The translations under genes were made by a program, and so were the position numbers. Below are positions 34,080 through 44,154 of a DNA stretch of 64,000 nt, piece by piece; within the stretch, counting starts at the first letter, position 1; each line of letters begins with the position of its first letter. Under the pieces are notes generated by a model. That model was not told the origin of the DNA. It saw nothing but the letters and a program-made list of their open reading frames with translations, and searched no databases. The stretch is taken from the NCBI GenBank assembly GCA_964408025.1, contig CAYOXX010000001.1, positions 79,140-143,139 of the forward strand, given 5' to 3'. This DNA comes from an uncultured Acidobacteriota bacterium. GTDB lineage: Bacteria > Acidobacteriota > DATKUA01.

Positions 34080-34961
34080 TCACTCTACGTTCTGGACCTG
34101 CTCCCTGATCTTCTCCAGCTCCGACTTGATCTCGATCACGGCGTGGCTGAACTTGATATTCTTGCTCTTGGAACCGATTGTGTTGATCTCCCGGTTCATC
34201 TCCTGGACCAGGAAGTCCAGCTTCTTACCCACGATACCATCGACATCGAGCAGTCCGCGCATCTGGCCGAAGTGGCTACGCAGGCGAACCGTCTCCTCCG
34301 TAACGTCGCTGCGGTCGGCCAGCAGCACCGCCTCCTGCTCGAGACGCAAGGCATCGATTTCCACGCCTCCTGTGAGTTCCTTGATCCGCTTCCGCAGCCT
34401 GTCGAGGTGTTCGGTCCTCACCTGATCCGCGGATTCCTCGATCCCGGAGAGCTCGGCCTCGCAGCGGCCGAGTCGCTCCTCGATGTCGTCCCGTATCTTT
34501 TCCCCTTCCGACGCCCTCATCCCGGCCATCTCGGCGATGGCCGACTCCGCCGCTCTCTCCAGCTCTCGGCGGAAGCGCTCCGGATCGTCGAGCTCGGCCG
34601 GCTCGACTGAGAGGACGTCGGGCAGCGAGAGCAGCGCAGAGGGGTCGAATTCGCCGGACACGTCAGGGCGCTCCCTGAGGAACTCCGCCGCCTCCAGAAC
34701 CGCCTCGACCAGGCGCAGATTGAAGCTCGCCTTTAGGACGTCGCTGCGCAAGTCCCTGACCTCCACGTGGATATCTACTTTGCCGCGTCCGAGGATTTCG
34801 AGGCAGCGCCGGCGCAGCGGGTACTCGAATTCGTAGTAAAGCTGTGGCATCCGGATCGTCAGGTCCAGGTAGCGGCTGTTGAGGGAGCGCACCCTGACCG
34901 AGATGTCGAACTGGTCGTTCAGGCGCCTGGCGCTGCCGACGCCCGTCATGCTACTTATCAC
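34080..34961 (-). CDS. yicC: YicC-family protein (stress-induced endoribonuclease family)
   Basis: 'SMTGVG' N-terminus, about 290 aa, mostly helical C-half, and the conserved position upstream of gmk. Confidence 0.8.
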   Translation of the reverse strand: MISSMTGVGSARRLNDQFDISVRVRSLNSRYLDLTIRMPQLYYEFEYPLRRRCLEILGRGKVDIHVEVRDLRSDVLKASFNLRLVEAVLEAAEFLRERPDVSGEFDPSALLSLPDVLSVEPAELDDPERFRRELERAAESAIAEMAGMRASEGEKIRDDIEERLGRCEAELSGIEESADQVRTEHLDRLRKRIKELTGGVEIDALRLEQEAVLLADRSDVTEETVRLRSHFGQMRGLLDVDGIVGKKLDFLVQEMNREINTIGSKSKNIKFSHAVIEIKSELEKIREQVQNVE

Positions 34962-34988
34962 AGGTTGCCTCCGCCGGACGTATCCGCG

Positions 34989-36869
34989 TCACGAGCTGGC
35001 CCGCAGCGAGCGCAGGGTCTCTATATCTACCTCTTCAGCGAACTGGAGGCCATAGAGCTTGGAGTAGATCCCGTCCAGCCCCATCAGCTCATCGTGCACG
35101 CCGCGCTCGACGATCCTGCCCTCGTCCATTACCAGCAGGAGATCGGCGCGGCGGACGGTCGAGAGGCGGTGGGCGATGACGAAGGTGGTGCGGTTGGCCA
35201 TCAGGTTCTCCAGGGCATTTTGCACCAGCCGCTCCGATTCGCTGTCCAGCGACGACGTCGCCTCGTCAAGGATCAGGATCGGCGGATTGCGTAACAGGGC
35301 CCTGGCGATCGCCAGCCGCTGCTGTTCGCCGCCCGAGAGCAGCACTCCCTTCTCGCCGATAACCGATTCGTACCCACGCGGCAGCTTCATGATGAAGTCG
35401 TGAGCGTAGGCCGCCTTTGCCGACTCCACGATCCGCTCCGGATCGGTCGAGCCCTCGTCGCCGTAGGCGATGTTGTTCCTTACCGTGTCGTTGAAGAGGA
35501 TAGTCTCCTGGGTGACTATACCGATCTGCCCGCGCAGGCTGGCCAGCGTGAAGCCGCGGATATCGGCGCCGTCGACGAGTATCGAGCCGTCGCTGAAGTC
35601 GTCGAACCTGGGCAGCAGGTTAACCAGCGTGGTCTTCCCCGCCCCGCTGATTCCGACGATGGCGCAGACGGTGCCCTTCGGCACCCTGAAGGAGATGTCG
35701 TGGAGGATGCGGCGCTCCGAATAACTGAAGCCGACGTCGCGGAACTCTATCGATTCCCGAAACGCCGGCATCGGCACCGCCCCGGGGCTCTCCAGCACCT
35801 CCTCCTTGATCTCAAGCACCTCGTGTACCCTCTCGATGGCTGCGAAAGCTTGCTGGAGGTTGTTGTTGACGCGGCTGAGCTTCTTGATCGGGTTGTACAT
35901 GCCGTAGAGGGCCGCCAGGATCACCGCGAAGTCGCCGACCGTCATGGCGCCGCTGGCGATCTGCCGGTAGCCCCAGTTGATCAAGAAGGCCACTGCGATG
36001 GCGCCGATCATCTCCATAACCGGCGAGGTCAGTGCGAAGTACCTCATCGCCTTGAGGTTAACCCGGAGCAGTTTGGTGTTCTCCTCCCGGAAGCGGCGCT
36101 TCTCGTGCTCCTCGGTGCTGAAAGCCTTCACTATCCTGATGCCGGTGAAGGTCTCGTGCAGCCTGTTGCTAAGCACCTCCATCTTCTCCTGGCCCCGTCG
36201 GCTTGTGTGGCGCAGGCGCCTGCCGAATTGGATGATCGGATATAGGATAACGGGCGCGATCACTAGCGCGCCGGCCGCGAAGGCCCAGTTGAGGTAAAGG
36301 ACCAGTAGGGCGAGACCTAGGATCGTCAGCGCCTCGCGTATCAGGTCGGCGAGGTTTGTGGATACGGCGAACTGTATCCGCTCGACGTCGTTGGTGATGC
36401 GGCTGATCAGGCTGCCGGTGGCGCGGCTGCGGAAGAAACTTATCGGCTTGGCGATCGTGCTGTCGTAGAGCCGACCGCGGATGTCCCTGACGACGCCCTG
36501 TCCCACCGAGGACATCAGGTAGTTGCCGAAGTATGAAAAGAGACCCTTTAAGAAGAAAATCATCACCAGCAGAATCGGAACGAGAATCTGCACCTGAACC
36601 AGCTGCGGTGGCAGTATCTCGTTTAGCCTGAAGGCCTTGATGGCCAGTGTCAGCGCGTCTTCTTTTTGCGTTGTGCTCGGGCTTGGCTGCGCGGGTGCGG
36701 AGGCTGAGGCGTTGAAGTTCGTGTTGCTCCAGACCTGGTCGAAGATGGGACGTACGAGCGAGGTGAAGGCGACGATGCAGGCGGTGACGATCGCCAGGCA
36801 GAATATGGCCACGAAAAACCGACCCCAATAGGGCCTCACCATCGCCAGAAGTCTTGACAGGTTCCTCAT
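34989..36869 (-). CDS. ABC transporter permease/ATPase fusion, MsbA-like lipid exporter
   Basis: Six-TM N-domain plus an NBD with 'GISGAGKTT', 'LSGGEQQRLAIARAL' and 'ILILDEATSSLD'. It overlaps the upstream lpxB gene by 4 nt. Confidence 0.85.
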   Translation of the reverse strand: MRNLSRLLAMVRPYWGRFFVAIFCLAIVTACIVAFTSLVRPIFDQVWSNTNFNASASAPAQPSPSTTQKEDALTLAIKAFRLNEILPPQLVQVQILVPILLVMIFFLKGLFSYFGNYLMSSVGQGVVRDIRGRLYDSTIAKPISFFRSRATGSLISRITNDVERIQFAVSTNLADLIREALTILGLALLVLYLNWAFAAGALVIAPVILYPIIQFGRRLRHTSRRGQEKMEVLSNRLHETFTGIRIVKAFSTEEHEKRRFREENTKLLRVNLKAMRYFALTSPVMEMIGAIAVAFLINWGYRQIASGAMTVGDFAVILAALYGMYNPIKKLSRVNNNLQQAFAAIERVHEVLEIKEEVLESPGAVPMPAFRESIEFRDVGFSYSERRILHDISFRVPKGTVCAIVGISGAGKTTLVNLLPRFDDFSDGSILVDGADIRGFTLASLRGQIGIVTQETILFNDTVRNNIAYGDEGSTDPERIVESAKAAYAHDFIMKLPRGYESVIGEKGVLLSGGEQQRLAIARALLRNPPILILDEATSSLDSESERLVQNALENLMANRTTFVIAHRLSTVRRADLLLVMDEGRIVERGVHDELMGLDGIYSKLYGLQFAEEVDIETLRSLRASS

Positions 36870-38014
36870 CCGCGCTCCAGAAATGCGGCCAGTTGCCGGG
36901 CGGCCCGCTCGATCGCTCCGGGCTCGCCGAGCGAGGAGGCTACCTTCCTTAATCGCGCCCGGATTCTACCATATCTGCTTGAATCCTCAATGATTTTAGC
37001 CGCCTCTTCGGCGATCAGTTCCGGCCTGCAGCGGCGCTGCAGTAGTTCGGGAAGCAGCTCCTCGCCGGCGATTATGTTCGGCAGCGAGACATGGGGGACC
37101 TTCAGCAGCAGCCTGGCCGCGAGGGCTGTGAGCGGGGAGGTTCTGTAGACGACCACGGAGGGCACGCCGAGCAAGGCGGCCTCGAGGGCGGCCGTGCCGG
37201 AGGCAATCAGTAATAGATCGCAGGCGGCCATGGCGCAATAGCGATCCTCCCTGACCACCGGTAACGCAGCCTCGCCGACTCGCTCCAGGACCATGTCGGC
37301 TACCGGGGGGGCGGCGACGATCAGCCGCTGGCCGTACCCCCGGGCTCCCAGCGCCTCACCGGCTCTGAGCAGCGGCTCCAGCAGCAGGCGGATCTCCGAC
37401 GGCCTGCTCCCGGGCATCAAACCGATCACACGTCGCTCGGGGTCGAAACCGAGGCCGCGGCAAACCTCTTCCCGCGTCTTCTTCGCCTTAACTTCGTCGA
37501 CGAGAGGGTGCCCCGTGTGGACTGCGTTCACGCCGTGACGCCGATAAAGATCCTCCTCGAACTCGAACAGTGTAAGCATGAGGTCGACGTAATCGCGCAC
37601 CCAGCGGATCCTGCCGGGGCGGCTGGCCCAAACCTGGGGGCTTACGTAATAGGCTACCCTGGCCCCCGCCCCCGCCCCCAGCCGCTTCAGCGAGCGCGCC
37701 AGGCGAAGGTTGAAGCCGCCGAAGTCGACCAGCAGCGCCGCGTCGGGGCGATGCCGGTTCCACAAGCCCAGGAGTTCCCTCCTGATGCGGCTGAACCTGC
37801 GGATCCCGGTCAGTGCCTCGGTGAGGCCGAAGACGGCGGTGTCGGATATGTCTACGGCGATCTCGGCGCCGGCGGCGCGTAGACTATCGCCCCCCATGCC
37901 GAAAACCCGCAGGCGGGGGAGCAGGCGCCGCAGGGCGCCGACCAGCTCGGCTGCGCGCGCGTCTCCCGACGGCTCGCCGGCCGAGACGAGGATCACGGGC
38001 GCTTGTGGCTCCAC
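36866..38014 (-). CDS. lpxB: Lipid-A-disaccharide synthase
   Basis: N-terminal 'VSAGEPSGD' motif, about 380 aa, adjacent to the MsbA-like exporter. Confidence 0.85.
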   Translation of the reverse strand: MEPQAPVILVSAGEPSGDARAAELVGALRRLLPRLRVFGMGGDSLRAAGAEIAVDISDTAVFGLTEALTGIRRFSRIRRELLGLWNRHRPDAALLVDFGGFNLRLARSLKRLGAGAGARVAYYVSPQVWASRPGRIRWVRDYVDLMLTLFEFEEDLYRRHGVNAVHTGHPLVDEVKAKKTREEVCRGLGFDPERRVIGLMPGSRPSEIRLLLEPLLRAGEALGARGYGQRLIVAAPPVADMVLERVGEAALPVVREDRYCAMAACDLLLIASGTAALEAALLGVPSVVVYRTSPLTALAARLLLKVPHVSLPNIIAGEELLPELLQRRCRPELIAEEAAKIIEDSSRYGRIRARLRKVASSLGEPGAIERAARQLAAFLERG

Positions 38015-38178
38015 CTGACGACCTCCCGCAGCGAGTATAACCGCGGCGCGGCGCCGCCGCCACGGTCGTTTGACAGCGGCGACGGCCGCGGATATTATTC
38101 CACCGTCCCTGGGTAGGGGTAAGGCCGAGGAGAGCTTGGGCAGAACGCAGCCTTATCTCTAACCAGGGGACCGGGAAA

Positions 38179-39324
38179 ATGGGCTTTTCAACCGAAACGA
38201 TTCACGGCAGCAGGGAGCCGGAGGATCGCACCGGCGCGCTTGTCTCCCCCATCCACCTCTCAACAACCTTCGCGCGTCCGAGCGTGGACGTCAGCGGCGG
38301 CTACACCTACGCCCGAGACAACAACCCGACGCGCGAGAGGCTGGAGAACCTCATCGCCCGTCTGGAAAGGGCCAGTCACGGGATCGCCTTTTCATCGGGG
38401 ATGGCTGCCATCACCGCCGTCTTCTCACTCTTCCGAAGTGGCGAACACTTCCTGGTAACCGACAACGTCTACAGCGGCACCTTCCTGGCCCTGAAGCGGA
38501 TCTGCGAGCACACGGGCGTCGTCGTTAGCTACATCGACAGCTCGAACCTGGTCGCCCTGCGGCAGGCGATTACCGACCGCACGAGGCTGATCTTCATAGA
38601 GACGCCGACCAATCCCCTGCTGAGGATCTCCGATATCGGAAGCATCGCCGAAGCCAAGCGCGAGCACGACATCCTCTTTTGCGTCGACAACTCGATAATG
38701 ACCCCCTACCTGCAGCAACCCCTGGAGCTGGGTGCCGACCTGGTGCTGCACAGCACCTCGAAATACTTCTGCGGCCACAACGACAGCATGGGGGGCGTGG
38801 TCGCCACCAGCAACGACCGGGCAGCCGCAGAACTGCGGAGGATTCAGAACGTCCACGGTGCGGTCCTCAATCCGTTCGACTGCTGGCTGCTGATGCGGGG
38901 GATAAAGACTCTGGCCCTGCGCATGGACCGCCACAGCGCCAACGGCCGACTGGTTGCCGAGTACCTGAGCAACCACAAGCACGTGGACAGGGTGTTCTAC
39001 CCCGGGCTGACTTCGCACCCGTGCCACGAGCTGGCCAGGCGGCAGTGCCGTGGTTTCGGCGGCGTAGTTTCCTTCAACCTGGTGGACCCGGAGATGAGCG
39101 TCGGGTTTCTCAATAATCTACGGCTTTTCGTGCTCGCCGAGGGTGTCGGCGGCGTCGAGTCGGTAGCCTGCCACCCCTACTCTATGACCTTCGGTCGCCT
39201 CGCCGACGAGGAGAAGGAGCGCCTGGGCATCTCCCCGCAGCTGCTGCGGCTCTCGGCGGGAGCGGAAGATATCGAGGACCTGATCGAGGACATCGACACG
39301 GCCTTCTCGAAGGCCGGCGGCTAG
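38179..39324 (+). CDS. Cys/Met-metabolism PLP-dependent enzyme (cystathionine gamma-synthase / beta-lyase family)
   Basis: PLP-lysine block 'HSTSKYFCGHND', 'IFIETPTNP', C-terminal 'LRLSAGAEDIEDLIEDI'. Confidence 0.85.
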   Translation: MGFSTETIHGSREPEDRTGALVSPIHLSTTFARPSVDVSGGYTYARDNNPTRERLENLIARLERASHGIAFSSGMAAITAVFSLFRSGEHFLVTDNVYSGTFLALKRICEHTGVVVSYIDSSNLVALRQAITDRTRLIFIETPTNPLLRISDIGSIAEAKREHDILFCVDNSIMTPYLQQPLELGADLVLHSTSKYFCGHNDSMGGVVATSNDRAAAELRRIQNVHGAVLNPFDCWLLMRGIKTLALRMDRHSANGRLVAEYLSNHKHVDRVFYPGLTSHPCHELARRQCRGFGGVVSFNLVDPEMSVGFLNNLRLFVLAEGVGGVESVACHPYSMTFGRLADEEKERLGISPQLLRLSAGAEDIEDLIEDIDTAFSKAGG

Positions 39325-39344
39325 GCGGACATCTTCCGTCAGGC

Positions 39345-39671
39345 TCAGCCGTCGAGGCAGGAATCGATCCAGTTCAGGTAGCTCTCGGATCCTTCGTCCA
39401 TCGTCAGGGCGATGGCCTCGGGGCAGTCGTAGCCGCTGATATCCTCAATGATTTCGGCCACCGTTCCGAATCGGTCCGACCTGGTTTTGATGAGCAGAAG
39501 GATCTCGACCTCGTCGCGGACCTCCCCCCGCCAGCGGTAAACTGAGCGGACTCCACCGAGCAGGTTCACGCAAGCGGCCGCGCGCCGCGCGACAAGCTCG
39601 CGCGCCAGCTCGAGCGCTTTCTCCTCCGAATCTACGGTGGAGAGGACCACGATCCTTCTGTTCTCGCCCAT
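39345..39671 (-). CDS. cutA: Divalent-cation tolerance protein CutA
   Basis: 'AACVNLLGGVRSVYRWRGEV...EILLLIKT' and the 108-aa size. Confidence 0.8.
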   Translation of the reverse strand: MGENRRIVVLSTVDSEEKALELARELVARRAAACVNLLGGVRSVYRWRGEVRDEVEILLLIKTRSDRFGTVAEIIEDISGYDCPEAIALTMDEGSESYLNWIDSCLDG

Positions 39672-39704
39672 CGAACTCCCCAGGGATGCCGCGTTGCGCC
39701 GGCG

Positions 39705-40682
39705 TCAGCGCTCGGCGCCCGGCCAGTTGAGTGTCTTGACGGTGGGTTCGTCCTTGCGCCTCTTGAAGTAAGCCATCACCTCTGCTATGTCCCTGTCGAT
39801 CTGCGCCTGCAGGTGCGCGGGCGTAGGAAATTTTTTGTCGTCGCGAATTTTCTTAAAGAACTCCAGCGATATGACGCGGCCGTAGAGCGAGCCGGAGTAG
39901 CCGAGCAGATGAGCCTCGATAACCAGTTTTTCGCCTTCGAAGGTTGGGCGCGTGCCGATGTAGGTAGCTGTGGGAAAGCGGTCGTCGCCGATCTTCGCCG
40001 CGCCGACATATATCCCATTAATCGGTATCAATTCGTTCTCGGGCCTGATGTTGCTCGTGGGGCAGCTCAGCAGGTCGGTCCCCCGTTGGGTGTCGGCGTA
40101 TACGACGCCCGAGATTGCGTACGGCCTGCCCAGCATCCGCATCGCCAGCTCCATCTCACCGTTCAGTACCGCTCGTCTGATGAATGAGCTGGAGACGAGC
40201 GAGTGCCGGAAATGGACGTTTTCGACGACGTTTAGCTTGAAGCCGTGTTCGCCGGCCGCACGCTCCAGGAGCGCTACGTTGCCGGCCGCGCCGCGACCAA
40301 ACGTGAATTTGGCGCTGACGAAGAGCTCGGCGATGCCGAGTTGCTCGACCAGCAGCTTGACCACGAAATCGTCGGCATCCATCGAGGCGAAGCGCTCGTC
40401 GAAACGCTGGATTATAACAGCCTCAGGTCCCAGCGACTCGATCAGCTCCAGGCGCTGCTCCAGCGTAGTGATCATCGGCTCGTGAGAATCCGGGTCGAAG
40501 AAAACGCGCGAGTGAGGATCGAAGGTCATCACGACGGAAGTGCCCTCGATCTTGCGCGCCCGTTCCACGACCAAGCCGATGACATGGCCGTGGCCGATAT
40601 GCACGCCGTCGAAGTTACCTACGGTCAGGACGGGGCGCGCCAAGCGCACATCGATCTCGCCGATGCCGTTGATAACTTTCAT
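39705..40682 (-). CDS. ribF: Bifunctional riboflavin kinase / FMN adenylyltransferase
   Basis: 'GNFDGVHIGH' N-domain and a riboflavin-kinase C-domain ('TSNIRP', 'GIYV', 'GTRPTF', 'IEAHLL'). Confidence 0.9.
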   Translation of the reverse strand: MKVINGIGEIDVRLARPVLTVGNFDGVHIGHGHVIGLVVERARKIEGTSVVMTFDPHSRVFFDPDSHEPMITTLEQRLELIESLGPEAVIIQRFDERFASMDADDFVVKLLVEQLGIAELFVSAKFTFGRGAAGNVALLERAAGEHGFKLNVVENVHFRHSLVSSSFIRRAVLNGEMELAMRMLGRPYAISGVVYADTQRGTDLLSCPTSNIRPENELIPINGIYVGAAKIGDDRFPTATYIGTRPTFEGEKLVIEAHLLGYSGSLYGRVISLEFFKKIRDDKKFPTPAHLQAQIDRDIAEVMAYFKRRKDEPTVKTLNWPGAER

Positions 40683-41467
40683 AGCTCTACCGTCATGCCG
40701 TCGAAAGCCGGCTCCACGCGCTCGGGCAGCTCCTCCAGCAGTCTCGAGTAGTCCAGGTCGTGAGACATGTGGGTCAGCAGCACCCGGCGCGCCCCCACCC
40801 TGAGCGCGAAATCGAGCGTCTGCTCGAGAGAGAAGTGCTTGACGTGTGGCTTATACCGCAGGGCGCCGATGATGAGCAATTCCAGATCTCTCAGGCGCTC
40901 TTCGGAGGCGGGCGGTATTTCGCTGACGTCGGTGACGTAGGCGGCGGCGATGACCGGCTTGTCGCCGGGCGTGGCTGGACCGAAGCGGTAGGCGAGCACC
41001 GTCATCTTATGATGGAGCACCTCGACCGGCTCGACCCAGAGTCCGCACAACTCGAAGCGGCCGTCGACCGGCACCGCCCGCAGCCTCGGCACGTCGCTCT
41101 CCCACATCGGGTTGCTGAACATGTAGCCAAACATCCTGCGAAGCACTTCCAGCGTCTTCGTCGAGGCGTGGACTGGCACCTGCCTCCTCTGGCGATCCAC
41201 GACGATGCGCATGTCGTCCAGGCCGAGGCAGTGGTCGGCGTGGGCGTGGGTGAACAGGATCGAGTCTACCTGACCGAGGCCGTTTTCAAGCGCCTGGAGG
41301 CGGAAATCGGTCGCCGCGTCGATGAGGATGTTGCTTCCGGCGTGCCGAATCCAGAGCGACGGCCGCAGGCGCCGGTTCCTGGGGTCGCTCGAGGTGCATA
41401 CGTTGCACCCGCAGCCGATCATAGGTACACCGAGCGAGCCGCCGGTTCCCAGGAAGGTGATTTTCAA
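40679..41467 (-). CDS. MBL-fold metallo-hydrolase (PhnP-like)
   Basis: 'FTHAHADH' metal motif, N-terminal 'FLGTGGS' and a Cys cluster 'GCGCNVC'. It overlaps both neighbours by 4 nt. Confidence 0.7.
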   Translation of the reverse strand: MKITFLGTGGSLGVPMIGCGCNVCTSSDPRNRRLRPSLWIRHAGSNILIDAATDFRLQALENGLGQVDSILFTHAHADHCLGLDDMRIVVDRQRRQVPVHASTKTLEVLRRMFGYMFSNPMWESDVPRLRAVPVDGRFELCGLWVEPVEVLHHKMTVLAYRFGPATPGDKPVIAAAYVTDVSEIPPASEERLRDLELLIIGALRYKPHVKHFSLEQTLDFALRVGARRVLLTHMSHDLDYSRLLEELPERVEPAFDGMTVEL

Positions 41468-41868
41468 TCTTCATACCTTTTCTTACGGCGGTCGGAAGCC
41501 CGGCGCTGGAAGGCCAGGCGGCGCAGCGCTATCTTCGCCCTCTCGACGCTCTCACAGACGGGAACCATCTTCCCGAGGCTTGCAGATGTCAGCAGCGAGT
41601 GCAACTCCCTCTCCGGCCCGATGATGGCCATCAGAGCGCCCACGTCGTCGAGGTGGTTCTTGCCGGCGAAGAGTAGGCCTAAACCCGAAGTCGAGAGCTT
41701 CTCTACGCCGGTGAGATCGACGATCATGTAGGGGCAAGCCCGCTCGACGACCATCTCGATATAGTGCTTGAGCGTCGCCGGCGTCAGGCGCTCCAGGTCT
41801 CCCACAATAGCCAGGAGGCCGAACTCGCCGTCTTTTGTGAAGCCGATTTTCATATTTCCCGGGCGCAA
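41464..41868 (-). CDS. STAS-domain protein (anti-sigma-factor-antagonist-like)
   Basis: About 130 aa with 'MIVDLTGVEKLSTSGLGLL', which resembles the SpoIIAA phospho-Ser loop region. The start could instead be the ATG at 41853. Confidence 0.5.
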   Translation of the reverse strand: MRPGNMKIGFTKDGEFGLLAIVGDLERLTPATLKHYIEMVVERACPYMIVDLTGVEKLSTSGLGLLFAGKNHLDDVGALMAIIGPERELHSLLTSASLGKMVPVCESVERAKIALRRLAFQRRASDRRKKRYED

Positions 41869-41968
41869 CCTCCACCCTCTGCCCTGGTTGGTCTCTAGGG
41901 GCGGTTATATCGAGGACAGGATTATAGGAGCCCACACCGCTGCCGGGCAAGCGTCGTGAACCCGCGTC

Positions 41969-44089
41969 CTATCGAAACTGCTCCAGGGCCTGGCTCAGGT
42001 AGTACATATTCACAGGTCCCCAGGGGGCATAGACGGAACGCATGGTGCTGATCGCAGTCGGGCGGTAGATGCCGTAGGCGTGGTAGCCGCCGCCCTCGAA
42101 CAGGCCCACGCTCGAATACCCGTACGGAGTCGGCACCTCGATAACCGGGTCGGTAAAGAAGCGCCTCCACTTGCAGGCGGCGGGATCGGAATTGAGCGTC
42201 AGGTTCGGCTGATCGGGTTCGGTGTCGTAAGGGTAGGTGCTGCTCTCGTTACCCATCTCGACGTATTCGTCGTGCAAGTAGCCGATCGAGTGTCCGAACT
42301 CATGGAGCAGGACCAACCCATAGCGCAGTCTGGAGCTGGAGAGCAGCACCCTGCCGAAGTTGAAGTAAGTATTGCCGCGGCCGATGGCGTACGGGTCGTG
42401 GACGATGACCACAGTCTGGGTGACGAGAGGGATTACTGACGATGCGGCGCTCTGCACTGCATTATCGTCGATACTCAGGATGAGATAATCGCCCGTTCCC
42501 TCGCAGTAAGACCCGAGTGCGTTGTCGCGCTCGATATTCATATCCGGGAAGCCTGGTCCCGCCTGCACCGAAACGGTTGGAACGGCGTAGACGTTTATGC
42601 GGCCGCGGTTGGAACGGAACGGCTCGGTGTTCAGCAGCGTCGCGGAGTTGAAGGCGGCGTCGAAGAGGAAGTGCTGCTGCTCGGCTAAATTGCAGATGGC
42701 GTCGTCGTTGAGATCATCAAACGGCTCCGGCTGGTCGAAGGTCCCGTTGTTATTGCGGTCGTGGTAGTTCTCACCGGCGTTGTAAACCCCGTTGCCGTTG
42801 GCGTCGAGGTAGGTGTCGCCGTCCCAGCGACCGTTACTATCGAGGTCGGTGAAGGTCTCGTTCGAGCTGGTGTAGCCGTCCCCAAGGATCACTATTACGA
42901 GCCGTCCCGCGTCGTCGCCGCTGCGCCACAGCGGCACACCGCCGCCCGAAACCGGCTGTCTGCCTATCGGATCGAGGTAGACGTGGTAAGGCCGCTTTCG
43001 CTTGATCTTAACGGCCTGCAGGCGCAGCAGCTCCTGTAGCTGCAGGTCCTCGGGAGGCGCGACGGCGAGCGTCACAATATCGCCGTCCTCAACTTCCATT
43101 CCGAGACCCACGAAACCGTTCTCGTCGCTGATCAGCAGCCGCCGCAGCCCGCCGAGCGGGCTGAGGATGGCAACGTAGGCGTTTGCGATGGGTGACTTGT
43201 CGCCTCGGCGCATTATGCGAGCGATGAAGGGATAACCCCGGTCCAGCTTGATCCGCCGTCGCTCGCCGTCGGCTATATTTACCCTTGGCAGCACTCTCAC
43301 CGGGTAACGGACTCCCGCGCCGGTCCTGGAGTCGACGTAGCTCGCGTAAATCGAGATGTCGTACTCACCCGGCGGCACGTCGAGCACGAACTTGTTCCGC
43401 CTGCCCCTGATCGCGGACGAGGCGATTTCCTCTCCGGTCCTGTAATCGTCGGCGTAGACAGTGCCGCTCAGGCCTAGCCCGCTCTCCAGGCGGTCACTTA
43501 AGAATCCGATATATCGTACCGTCGCCGTGGGGGAAGGTAACTCGAGGCCTGACGGTCGGCGGTCGCCGTACTGTTCCAGGTAATCGCGCATCCCCCACGT
43601 GTGTCGGGAGGCAATCGCTACCGTCGGAGAGGTATCGTGTCCCGGCACGAATTGCCCGTCAAGGATAGTCCCGCCGTCCTCGATCTCTATTTCGAGACCG
43701 CCGCCTTCGGCTGGGAAGGGAATGCGGACGATGAACGGCTCTCCGAGGGGCCGGCTGCCGCCTGTGAAGAGCCCATTAGGCGCGACATCGTCGACAAGCA
43801 GCCAGCGGGGCAGCACCAGGGGTCCCCTCGCGATCACCATCCCCCCAGCGTCCCTGACGATAAAACGGTAGCCCCCGTCCAGACCGGTCGGCGCGGCACC
43901 TTCCGTGATGCGGTGGCCGAGCACCCGCAATTCGCCGCCGTCCCAGCGCAGTTCCAGTTCGAGGACGGCGGTTGCGGCGCCGACTTCCCGGGCCACAGCG
44001 GATACCGGCAGTGCGAGCACCCCAACAAGCGCCGCTATCAACCACGCGGTCCCAGGTAGGCTCTTCATAGCAGACCTCCGTCGATGCAT
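41969..44089 (-). CDS. Secreted M64-family (IgA-peptidase-like) zinc metallopeptidase with Asp/Asn-rich Ca-binding-type repeats
   Basis: Signal peptide 'AWLIAALVGVLALPVSAVA'. Catalytic block 'LLHEFGHSIGYLHDEY'. Repeats 'DLDSNGRWDGDTYLDANGNGVYNAGENYHDRNNNG'. Confidence 0.75.
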   Translation of the reverse strand: MHRRRSAMKSLPGTAWLIAALVGVLALPVSAVAREVGAATAVLELELRWDGGELRVLGHRITEGAAPTGLDGGYRFIVRDAGGMVIARGPLVLPRWLLVDDVAPNGLFTGGSRPLGEPFIVRIPFPAEGGGLEIEIEDGGTILDGQFVPGHDTSPTVAIASRHTWGMRDYLEQYGDRRPSGLELPSPTATVRYIGFLSDRLESGLGLSGTVYADDYRTGEEIASSAIRGRRNKFVLDVPPGEYDISIYASYVDSRTGAGVRYPVRVLPRVNIADGERRRIKLDRGYPFIARIMRRGDKSPIANAYVAILSPLGGLRRLLISDENGFVGLGMEVEDGDIVTLAVAPPEDLQLQELLRLQAVKIKRKRPYHVYLDPIGRQPVSGGGVPLWRSGDDAGRLVIVILGDGYTSSNETFTDLDSNGRWDGDTYLDANGNGVYNAGENYHDRNNNGTFDQPEPFDDLNDDAICNLAEQQHFLFDAAFNSATLLNTEPFRSNRGRINVYAVPTVSVQAGPGFPDMNIERDNALGSYCEGTGDYLILSIDDNAVQSAASSVIPLVTQTVVIVHDPYAIGRGNTYFNFGRVLLSSSRLRYGLVLLHEFGHSIGYLHDEYVEMGNESSTYPYDTEPDQPNLTLNSDPAACKWRRFFTDPVIEVPTPYGYSSVGLFEGGGYHAYGIYRPTAISTMRSVYAPWGPVNMYYLSQALEQFR

Positions 44090-44154
44090 TCCCGGATACT
44101 AGCTTCGTCCCGCCCGCTAAGCGGTTATCCCGGTTACACTATACACACGGTCGA

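Noticed and set aside
38015-38178. Possible SAM or other riboswitch upstream of the Cys/Met PLP enzyme
   Set aside because: I could not recognise any SAM-I/II/IV consensus elements by eye. The region is a short divergent promoter spacer. It would need an Rfam scan to revisit.
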